Program-made: the position numbers and the translations under genes
Part shown: positions 21,016 through 29,065 of the stretch, piece by piece
Numbering within the stretch: the stretch's first letter is position 1
Layout of the letters: each line of letters opens with the position of its first letter
The notes under the pieces: generated by a model
What the model was told of the DNA's origin: nothing
The model's input: the letters and a program-made list of their open reading frames with translations, nothing else
Database searches by the model: none
Origin: Nitrospirota bacterium
GTDB lineage: Bacteria > Nitrospirota > UBA9217
Length of the DNA: 64,000 nt
NCBI GenBank assembly: GCA_963751455.1
Contig: CAVVUN010000009.1
Span: forward strand, 1-64,000
Direction: 5' to 3'

Positions 21016-21606
21016 ATGTTGAAGAGTTTTACGCGCCCGCCGTCCCGCAGTGAGCAATGGGCCTTGTTCGCAAAAAATTTTTTTCAGCATCCGAAGATGC
21101 TCGGTTCACTTATTCCGAGTTCGCGCTTCCTGATCGAGCGTCTGCTGCGGGAAATCAATTGGGACCAGGCGCGCGTTATCGTGGAATACGGTCCGGGAGT
21201 CGGAACATTTACCGGCGAGATTCTGCGGCTCATGCGTCCCGATGCGGTGCTGATTGCCGTCGAAACAAACCTGGAATTCGTGTCCTTTCTGCGCCGTTCG
21301 TTCCATGATGCACGGCTTCGGGTGGTCCACGCATCCGCTGACGACGTGGAGCGGGTTCTTGCGGAGCGCGGACTTTCCCGTGCGGACTATGTTATCTCCG
21401 GCATACCGCTGAGTACGATCCCCGACGATGTACGTCTGGGAATCCTGCGCAGCACGCACCGCGTATTGCTTCCGGGCGGAGAGTTGCTGATATACCAGTT
21501 CTCGCCGAAGGTGCTTCCCGATCTGCGGAGGGTATTCTCCCGCGTTACCCGAAGCTTCGAGCCCTTGAATATCCTGCCTGCGCAGATTTTCTACTGCGCT
21601 CCGTGA
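21016..21606 (+). CDS. SAM-dependent phospholipid N-methyltransferase-like protein
   Basis: GSLIPSSRFL, VEYGPGVGTFT, VISGIP, NILPA; RBS GGAGG. Confidence 0.85.
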   Translation: MLKSFTRPPSRSEQWALFAKNFFQHPKMLGSLIPSSRFLIERLLREINWDQARVIVEYGPGVGTFTGEILRLMRPDAVLIAVETNLEFVSFLRRSFHDARLRVVHASADDVERVLAERGLSRADYVISGIPLSTIPDDVRLGILRSTHRVLLPGGELLIYQFSPKVLPDLRRVFSRVTRSFEPLNILPAQIFYCAP

Positions 21607-21633
21607 TGTTCCATTATCTTATAAAGAGCATTT

Positions 21634-21768
21634 GGGACGCAGAAAAATCGGATAAACGCGGATAAAGTCTGATAAAGACTTTATCCTATCCTAAAGCACT
21701 CAGTCTTGGTTATCTTTCTCTAAAATTCGTTTGTTTGATCCGCTGTTATCTGCGTTCATCCGCGTCCA
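21634..21768. repeat. 9-mer (CGGATAAA-type) palindromic insert between convergent genes
   Basis: GGACGCAGA..CGGATAAACGCGGATAAA ... TTATCTGCGTTCATCCGCGTCC; same family as 43662-43792. Confidence 0.75.
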
Positions 21769-21776
21769 GGAAACCG

Positions 21777-23144
21777 TCACTTCTGTAGTCCGATTTTTTT
21801 CCGCAGCGTAAGCCTGTTTATGCCCAAAAGCCGTGCCGCTTCCGACTGGTTTTCGCGGGTATGGGAAAGTATGAACTCGAAGACGTGCCGGTCCACTTCG
21901 GCATGGACTTTCTCGTAGACGTTGTTCTCGTTCTTTTCAAGCGCTTTTTTTACATACGGAATGAGCACCGCTGCCATGGCATCCAATCCGTTGTTCTGCA
22001 TACGGGTTGTAGAATCTGCGCCCAGGTCCACGAGGTCCTGCGTGGTGAGATAATCAGTCTTGCAGGTTGCGATCGCCGATCGAAGGGTGTTCTCGAGCTC
22101 ACGGATGTTGCCCGGCCAGTCATGCTCGAGAAGCCGGTCCATGAACGCCTTGGTGACGCCCTTGATCGGCTTTTGTGCCGTGTGGGCGTGACGGTAAAAC
22201 AGACACTGGACGAGCGGCGGTATATCCTTGGTCCGTTCCCTGAGCGGAGGCACATGGATAGAGACAACACGGATGCGGTGGTACAGGTCTTCCCGGAAAG
22301 TGCCTTCCCGCACCATGGCCGCCAGCTCGCGGTTCGTCGCCGATATGACGCGTACGTTCACTTGGACTTCTTTGGTGCTTCCCACGGGATAGAAGGTCTG
22401 CGTCTGCAGGAACCGGAGGAGTTTTCCCTGTACGAGCAGCGGAAGCTCGCCGATCTCGTCGAAGAACACGCATCCTCCGTCAGCGGTTTTAAGCATGCCT
22501 TCTTTCGGGGCCACGGCGCCGGTAAAAGCGCCGCGTTCATACCCGAAGAGCTCCGATTCAAGCAGCGTATCGGGTACGGCCGCGCAGTTGATCACTACGA
22601 ACGGCTTGCCGAAGCGGGATGAGAGCTGTGCGATGGCTTCGGCCACGAGTTCTTTCCCTGTTCCGGTCTCACCCGTAACGAGCACGGGAACTTCAACCTG
22701 GGCAATGCGGGCAACTTTTTCGCAAAGACTCATGACCAGGGAAGAGCGGCCGACGATAACGCAGGTTGCCGCCGGCGCTACCGTGTCCTTCGATATCGTT
22801 ACAGCATGCGCCATTTCTTTTCTGAGTTCCGACAGTTCCCGCAGAGTGCGCTCGATCCGTTCTCTCTTGAGCGGCCGCCGCATGATCTCGTACGCGCCCA
22901 AGGTAGCAGCTTCCATGACCGGTCCGGTCATTTCCCGGCCTGTCACGGCGATTACGAAGGCCTTTTCGCAATAGTCCCTTATCAGCTCCAGGTTTTTAGT
23001 ATCGATGTCCACGAGCACAACATATTCATCGCCGTAAGAAACAGCTTTGCCGCCGGGCTTTGGGAGCTTGTACCCCTTTGGCAACAGGTCAAGAAGCTCT
23101 CTTCTCAGCGTATCATCGTCGGTAAGCACCAGAATTGTGGGCAT
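21777..23144 (-). CDS. sigma54-dependent enhancer-binding protein (atypical receiver, AAA+, Fis HTH)
   Basis: GETGTGKE, ESELFGYERGAFTGA, FFDEIGE, WPGNIRELEN, NQSEAARLLGINR. Confidence 0.95.
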   Translation of the reverse strand: MPTILVLTDDDTLRRELLDLLPKGYKLPKPGGKAVSYGDEYVVLVDIDTKNLELIRDYCEKAFVIAVTGREMTGPVMEAATLGAYEIMRRPLKRERIERTLRELSELRKEMAHAVTISKDTVAPAATCVIVGRSSLVMSLCEKVARIAQVEVPVLVTGETGTGKELVAEAIAQLSSRFGKPFVVINCAAVPDTLLESELFGYERGAFTGAVAPKEGMLKTADGGCVFFDEIGELPLLVQGKLLRFLQTQTFYPVGSTKEVQVNVRVISATNRELAAMVREGTFREDLYHRIRVVSIHVPPLRERTKDIPPLVQCLFYRHAHTAQKPIKGVTKAFMDRLLEHDWPGNIRELENTLRSAIATCKTDYLTTQDLVDLGADSTTRMQNNGLDAMAAVLIPYVKKALEKNENNVYEKVHAEVDRHVFEFILSHTRENQSEAARLLGINRLTLRKKIGLQK

Positions 23145-23233
23145 GTCCGCCTCCTGTAAAAAAACTATACAACCTGTATATATATAAATCAAACGTTATT
23201 TGCAGTGATGGTGCCTGGTGTTACAACTTTACC

Positions 23234-23266
23234 CGTATAATATATGTTCTGTATACAATCTATACA
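23234..23266. promoter_or_regulatory. Putative upstream activator sequence (copy 1)
   Basis: CGTATAATATATGTTCTGTATACAATCTATACA; contains the TGTAT-N7-ATACA palindrome and is similar to 28723-28755. Confidence 0.65.
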
Positions 23267-23328
23267 TAGACAATCGAAAAGAAGAATGGATCAAAAGCTA
23301 ACTAGCTGTTATTTCCCTCATATTTATC

Positions 23329-23344
23329 TGGCACGCATGTTGCG
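23329..23344 (+). promoter_or_regulatory. sigma54 -24/-12 promoter of the dsrC-like/MCP operon
   Basis: TGGCACGCATGTTGC (GG-N10-GC consensus). Confidence 0.85.
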
Positions 23345-23484
23345 TGCAATGCACAAGAACGCGCAGAACACACGGGAGCATTCCGTTATCTTTTTACGGA
23401 ATTGCGGTATTGGCATGGTCCGGTTCAGCTGATTTAAAGTTTTCAGAGTAATTTCCATACCGCGCAACGAAAAGAGGATGAGCA

Positions 23485-23820
23485 ATGGGAACGATTTCTG
23501 TAAAAGGCAGGACCCTTGAAGTCGGCGAGAACGGCTTTCTGGCGAATGTAGACGACTGGAACAAAGACGTAGCAGAGTATTTTGCAGAGAAAGAGGGAAT
23601 TCACATGTCGGAGCAGCACTGGGAGGTGGCGAATTATCTGAACGAGTATTACAAACAATACCAGATCGCCCCTATGGTCAAGATTATCGTGAAGGAACTC
23701 GGCAGAAAACTCGGACCTGAAAAAGGCAATACCCGGTATCTTTACCATCTCTATCCTGCCGGCCCTGCCAGCCAGGCATGCAAGATTGCGGGCCTCCCGA
23801 GCCCGAAGGGCTGTCTATAA
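23485..23820 (+). CDS. DsrC/TusE-family sulfur relay protein (copy 1)
   Basis: ENGFL..DW, HWEV, YLY.LYP.GPA.QACKIAGLPSPKGCL; C-X10-C tail. Confidence 0.93.
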   Translation: MGTISVKGRTLEVGENGFLANVDDWNKDVAEYFAEKEGIHMSEQHWEVANYLNEYYKQYQIAPMVKIIVKELGRKLGPEKGNTRYLYHLYPAGPASQACKIAGLPSPKGCL

Positions 23821-23902
23821 CCATGAAACACTGTTCTGGAACTCATTATGTGATTTTAAAATAATGACGATGGACTAACCGCATTACAGTAATGTTTAAA
23901 AA

Positions 23903-26803
23903 ATGACTATGAAAAAAAGTATTGAACTCAAACTGCTTGCGATCGTGGCGGCCCTGTTTGTCGCCGGTGTCAGTGCCGCCGGTTTTATGGCAGTAGCGAT
24001 ACAGAAAGAAACCTTGTACAGCGTTGCGGAATCAGGCGCGGAAAATATTGCTAACATCATTTTCCAGGACATTGAGACGACCATGCTCGAGGGAAAGGCG
24101 GACATTACCAAACGGATCATCGAGAAAATATCCAGGACCCGCGGGATCGAGCAAATCATCGTACTCAACGCCGAGGGCCGCGAAGCCTTCGGGAAAGATT
24201 CCGCTGCCCGGGAAGAAGCCGCTCTCGCGGAACTGAGTTCAGGCAAGGAAAGACTGCTGAACCGGGACCCATCCCGGCTTGTTTATTATATGCCCTTTAA
24301 GAACGAGGTATCGTGCCGGATGTGCCATGGCGCGGAAAAAACACTGCTGGGGGCGGTAAAGGTCTCGATCACGATCGAAAGGGAATACAGGAAGGCCATG
24401 GCGCTCATAACGATCGTGATCGCCGTCACCGTCGTTGTGTCCCTGATATTCTGCTTCGTGCTCTGGGCGCTGCTGAAGAAGACGATCATCAAACCGGTAA
24501 AGGCGATCGAGACCGCGGCTGCCGGGATCGCCGCCGGCGATCTTTCCTTTGCAATCGGAGCGACAAGCGATGATGAGATCGGCAGAGCGGGCGCCATGCT
24601 GAAAGATTCGTTTCTCACGCAGCAGGGGGTGCTCAAGAGGATCAAGGAGTTATCTCAGCGGATCCTGAGCGTCGTTCACGAGGTCGGGGCAGAGTCCGAA
24701 AAAGTGGTAAAAGGGGCCGAGGCTGAAGCGGATGCGGTGAACAGCATTTCCAGTTCAGTGCAGCAGCTGAACGCTACCTCGGCGGAAGTAGCCGACAACA
24801 CTGAAAAACTTGCTGCTTCGGCCGGAGAAACCTCCGCCTCGATCGAGCAGATGGCATCGAGTATCCAAAGCATCAACGGAAGCATCAGGGACCTGAACGG
24901 CATCGTGGAGTCCACGTCGGCATCCATTGAACAACTCACGGCAGCGGTAAAGGAGGTCGCGGGCAGCGCGGAGAACCTGGCGAGTGCGGCCGAAGACACC
25001 CTCTCGTCGATATCGGAAATTACCACGGCGATCAGGGAAGTCGACGCCGGCGCTGAGGAATCTGCGAGGCTTTCGGAAAAGGTCACGAGCGATGCCGCCA
25101 ATCTCGGCATGGCATCGATTGAAAAGGTGATCGGCGGAATGAAGGACATAGAGGCCTCTGTCCGCAATACATCCGAGTGCATCGCGGTGCTGGGAAGCAG
25201 GTCCCAGGAGATTGAGACGATCTTGAACATCATCGAAAATGTAACCGACGACACGGCGCTGCTTTCTCTGAATGCCAGGATACTGGCGGCGCAGGCAGGA
25301 GAACACGGCAAAGGGTTTGCCGTTGTTGCCGGCGAGATCAGGGACCTTGCAAAAAAAACCGAGATATCCACAAAGGACATTGCGGCCCGTATCGAGGCGG
25401 TCCAGAATGAAGTGAACAACGCCGCTGTGGCAATGCAGAAGGGGATCGCTTCGGTGGAATCCGGGCTGGTGCTGGCCTGGGAGGCGGGGAATGCATTACA
25501 GATGGTTCTGGACAGCTCGAAAAAGTCTTCCGAGATGACCCATGCAATAAAACGCAGCACCGAGGAACAGGCGAAGGCCGCGAAGCTCGTAACGGAATCC
25601 ATGCAATCCATCAGGGACATGATCGATCAGGTGGCAAAGGCCACAGCGGAACAGTCCCGGGGCGTCGTTCTGGTGATGGAGTCCGCCGAAAAGATGAAGG
25701 CCTTGTCCCACCAGGTGACCAAGGCGACCGGGGAGCAGGAAATCAGCGGCAGGCAGATAGCTCTTGCGACGGAAAACGTGTCCGAGCGCAGTCAGCAGAT
25801 ATCGAAGTCTCTCGGGGAGCATAAAAAAGGATCCCAAAACATACTTTCCAGCATAGAAGCGGTAAAAGATATCCCTGTCGAAAACAGAAAACTGGCCTTT
25901 AGAATAAACAAGACCCTCTGGAATCTCGAGAAGGACGCGGAACTTCTGGGTGCCGAGATGGAGCGGTTCAAAATATCGGAACAGAGAGGTCAAGCGCTCC
26001 GGTTCGGCGTCGTTCCTCTGAAAGAGCCGTCGGAGATGTTCAGAAAATTCACTCCGCTTTCCCATTACCTCGGCGTGAAAATCGGGAGGAGGATCGATCT
26101 CAAGGTCGCCATTGATATGGACGGCGCAGTGGAGGACCTTGGAGATGACTGCACGCAGCTTTGTGCCATGGGACCGTCAAACTACCTTGACGCGCACAAA
26201 AAATACGGTGTCAGGGTGATTGCCAAAGCGCTCCGGCGGGGTAAGCCGTTTCATCGGGCAGCGATCGTGGTAAAGGCGGATTCCGGCGTGCGGTTCGTAG
26301 GCGACCTGAAAGGCAAGACCTTTGCTTTTGTGAGTCTGAAATCCGCCACAGGCCATATCGCCCCTCTTGCAGCGCTCAAGGATAAAGGGATGAGCAGCGG
26401 TGACCTTGCGGATTTCCGGTTTCTGGGCAGCCATGACAAGGTTGCCGACGCCGTGCTGTCCGGCGAATTCGACGCAGGTGGCCTGATGGAGGAAACCGCA
26501 TACAAGTATAAAGATAAAGGGCTGCGAATACTCAAATTGTCGCCGGAAGTCCCGGAGTTCAATGTATGCTGCAACCTCTCCGTCGACGAAACGACGCTGA
26601 AGGCAGTCAGGGATGCCCTGGTCGCCCTTGATGTTTCGAAAGCAGAAGACGCAACGGTACTGAAGTCGCTCGGCAAAGACTGCACCGGTTTTGTCGCGGC
26701 AACTGAAAGCGACTATGATATCTTCAGGGAGAAAATCCTTAGCGTGGAGAATGAAGTGAACAGCGAAAGCGGCCTTCCCGCGATGCACGGCGTGCGAGCC
26801 TAA
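23903..26803 (+). CDS. Methyl-accepting chemotaxis protein with periplasmic heme-c sensor, HAMP and C-terminal PhnD-like binding domain
   Basis: TM-CRMCH-TM, HAMP (DDEIG), MCP hairpin LLSLNARILAAQAGEHGKGFAVVAGEIR. C-terminal LRFGVVP...DLKGKTFAF...SATGH...SHDKV..AVLSGEFDAG. Confidence 0.9.
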   Translation: MTMKKSIELKLLAIVAALFVAGVSAAGFMAVAIQKETLYSVAESGAENIANIIFQDIETTMLEGKADITKRIIEKISRTRGIEQIIVLNAEGREAFGKDSAAREEAALAELSSGKERLLNRDPSRLVYYMPFKNEVSCRMCHGAEKTLLGAVKVSITIEREYRKAMALITIVIAVTVVVSLIFCFVLWALLKKTIIKPVKAIETAAAGIAAGDLSFAIGATSDDEIGRAGAMLKDSFLTQQGVLKRIKELSQRILSVVHEVGAESEKVVKGAEAEADAVNSISSSVQQLNATSAEVADNTEKLAASAGETSASIEQMASSIQSINGSIRDLNGIVESTSASIEQLTAAVKEVAGSAENLASAAEDTLSSISEITTAIREVDAGAEESARLSEKVTSDAANLGMASIEKVIGGMKDIEASVRNTSECIAVLGSRSQEIETILNIIENVTDDTALLSLNARILAAQAGEHGKGFAVVAGEIRDLAKKTEISTKDIAARIEAVQNEVNNAAVAMQKGIASVESGLVLAWEAGNALQMVLDSSKKSSEMTHAIKRSTEEQAKAAKLVTESMQSIRDMIDQVAKATAEQSRGVVLVMESAEKMKALSHQVTKATGEQEISGRQIALATENVSERSQQISKSLGEHKKGSQNILSSIEAVKDIPVENRKLAFRINKTLWNLEKDAELLGAEMERFKISEQRGQALRFGVVPLKEPSEMFRKFTPLSHYLGVKIGRRIDLKVAIDMDGAVEDLGDDCTQLCAMGPSNYLDAHKKYGVRVIAKALRRGKPFHRAAIVVKADSGVRFVGDLKGKTFAFVSLKSATGHIAPLAALKDKGMSSGDLADFRFLGSHDKVADAVLSGEFDAGGLMEETAYKYKDKGLRILKLSPEVPEFNVCCNLSVDETTLKAVRDALVALDVSKAEDATVLKSLGKDCTGFVAATESDYDIFREKILSVENEVNSESGLPAMHGVRA

Positions 26804-26858
26804 GATCAGAATCGATCTACAGTCAATTATCGTCTTCTGTGGTCCGTGGAGCTCCCTG

Positions 26859-27863
26859 CTACCGGATCCGGTGCCGTTCTATGAGTTCATCGCCTGCAGG
26901 CGCGGCCAGAACAGGTAAATTCCCGGTTTCGCCGATAATACTGACCTCAACTTCCGGTTGATGCTTCAGGTCCGAGTACCGCGCGCACAAAGAAGCGCCA
27001 AGATCGAGATGTTTTCCCGCGTCAGGTCCCTGGAGCAGCGTGACAGGGCTTCCTGCGTGCTCAACCTGCAACAGTATATCGCCGGGCCTTCGCATCTTTT
27101 CGATCGCGCTGTTCTCGGCCTCGTTCCTTCCGACAATGATTTTGCATCCCGGCGACGGCCTGAAGTGCCGTCCAAGACGAAGAAGGCCGAGGTCTCTGCT
27201 GTCCGGATCGGGGTTATCGCTGAGCAGATCACGCAGGCGCATGGAGTAGATCGGATCGGTCAGCAGGCAGCCGCCGGCGGGAGACGGATAGTCTGTCAAG
27301 CCCAGTTCACGGGCAAGGGCGATCTGAGGTTTTCTGGTTCTCCCGCTTATTGCAAGCAGGCGATTCCTGTCTACTATTCCACTGGCTTCGGGTTTGGTTT
27401 CACGCAAAAGACGGGCGGACAAAGGACGCACCACGAGGCCGCTCAAACCGCTTTCCCTCTCGATGATATCCAGGGTGTCCCTGCGCTGTGACATGGGACG
27501 CTGGCCCAGCACTTCCCCGGTAATAATGAAGTCCGCACCCGTCATCTCCATGAGAGCCCCGGCTTCCCTGAGCATCAGGATGCGGCAGTCGATGCAGGGG
27601 TTCATGTTTTTGCCGTGGCCGTAGTGCGGCTTCTTTACGATCTCTACGAACTTCTGGCCGAGATGGCAGAGTTTGAGGTCGAACCCGAATTGGGCAGCGG
27701 CAGGCGCTCCGTCCCTGGAACAGGACGATGAATCGCTGATATTACATCCGAAATCGGTCAGGAAGGTGACGGCCAGTACCTTGATATCCTGCTTCAGCAT
27801 GACCAGGATTGCGAGAGTACTGTCAAGCCCGCCGGAAAAAAGGGCTACTGCTTTTCGTTCCAT
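26859..27863 (-). CDS. ThiI/MnmA-like PP-loop tRNA thiolation-family protein with DUF814-like C-terminus
   Basis: ALFSGGLDS, NPCIDC, TGEVLGQRPMSQ, GGCLLTD, GRHFR..KIIVGRNE.EN. Confidence 0.85.
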   Translation of the reverse strand: MERKAVALFSGGLDSTLAILVMLKQDIKVLAVTFLTDFGCNISDSSSCSRDGAPAAAQFGFDLKLCHLGQKFVEIVKKPHYGHGKNMNPCIDCRILMLREAGALMEMTGADFIITGEVLGQRPMSQRRDTLDIIERESGLSGLVVRPLSARLLRETKPEASGIVDRNRLLAISGRTRKPQIALARELGLTDYPSPAGGCLLTDPIYSMRLRDLLSDNPDPDSRDLGLLRLGRHFRPSPGCKIIVGRNEAENSAIEKMRRPGDILLQVEHAGSPVTLLQGPDAGKHLDLGASLCARYSDLKHQPEVEVSIIGETGNLPVLAAPAGDELIERHRIR

Positions 27864-28065
27864 TTCTCTCCGTGTGTTCCCAGGGGAATGTTCTATGCGA
27901 ACCCCGGGCTGCTGATATTACCACACTTTTGCCGTGATCCGCTCCGCATTTATAAATTATTGTGTTGGAATGAGGAAGGAGAGAGAAAGAGCGGAGACGC
28001 TCCTTGGGAAGGAGTATCACCGCTTTATACAGAAGGCAGCATTTTTATCGCTTACTTTGCCGATA

Positions 28066-28401
28066 CTACAGGCAGCCGGTCGGTTTTGGCAGCCCTGCGA
28101 TCTTGCATGCCTGCTTGGCAGGTCCTTCAGGAAAGAGCTGCTCGAGATAGCGGGTGTTGCCTTTTTCCGGACCGAATTTTCTTTCGATTTGTCTCACCAG
28201 GATATTGATTATCGGCGCAATCTGGTAACGTCTATAATAGTCGCGGAGGAAATTCACGACTTCCCAGTGCTGTTCAGTCATCGCGATCCCTTCTGCGTTC
28301 GCAAGATGGCTGGCAATTTCGGTGTTCCAGTCGTTTATATTCTGCTGGTATCCGTTCTCGTTTACATCAATTGACGTGCCGTTTACTGAAATGGTTCCCA
28401 T
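28066..28401 (-). CDS. DsrC/TusE-family sulfur relay protein (copy 2)
   Basis: Paralog of 23485-23820; tail QACKIAGLPKPTGCL (C-X10-C). Confidence 0.93.
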   Translation of the reverse strand: MGTISVNGTSIDVNENGYQQNINDWNTEIASHLANAEGIAMTEQHWEVVNFLRDYYRRYQIAPIINILVRQIERKFGPEKGNTRYLEQLFPEGPAKQACKIAGLPKPTGCL

Positions 28402-28722
28402 TCTTATTCCCCTTTCCGTGATGGTGTCAGCCGTAATCTGGTGCGCTGCTCGTTCGATTCTTTCAATGAATCATTTTAAGCTCTCCTGGCCGTATTCGGC
28501 AGAATTCAGCAGTCTCTTGCGCGTTATTGAACGTTCCCCCGCGCGGTTGGTGTTGAAGCATTTTTTAAATTCTATCACCGGCTTAATCAATTTTCAGTAT
28601 GGTCGACGGGAAAAGAATATTTTGTCCGGGGCGAGAGCCCGAAGGCAGTAAATGAGGGCAGGGCTGTTTGAATCCCGCGACTTGCAATCCCCCGGCTCCT
28701 GCCGGAGGGGGCTCCACTAGTA

Positions 28723-28755
28723 TGTATAATATACAGCTTGTATTAATAATACACA
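28723..28755. promoter_or_regulatory. Putative upstream activator sequence (copy 2)
   Basis: TGTATAATATACAGCTTGTATTAATAATACACA; aligns without gaps to 23234-23266. Confidence 0.65.
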
Positions 28756-28903
28756 AAATCCTTTTTTTTTCTGTCTAATTTACTTGCGGGATAGAACTTC
28801 TTGGCATGGCAGAACCAGTTTATAATTCTGAATCCCTGTTTTTACCGCTTGTTATAGCAATATCGATGACACACGTGGATTCAAAACAACTCCTTCAAAC
28901 ATC

Positions 28904-28919
28904 TGGCATGACCGTTGCT
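28904..28919 (+). promoter_or_regulatory. sigma54 -24/-12 promoter of the sulfite-reductase-like gene
   Basis: TGGCATGACCGTTGCT (GG-N10-GC). Confidence 0.8.
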
Positions 28920-29065
28920 ATATAGTGTGCATGTTGCTTCACCTTAGCGAAGGCAGGAAGTGATTTTCCCCCTTTTATCGTGCTTCCTGTCTTCGCAGTT
29001 TCATCCTGCAGCGAAGATGATCAAGGCAGGGGGATGCTGTCATTTATTCAAACTGAGAGGAGTTT

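Noticed and set aside
28402-28720. sigma54 promoter for the second dsrC-like gene
   Set aside because: No convincing GG-N10-GC consensus seen on the minus strand, so its membership in the regulon rests only on the shared intergenic region.
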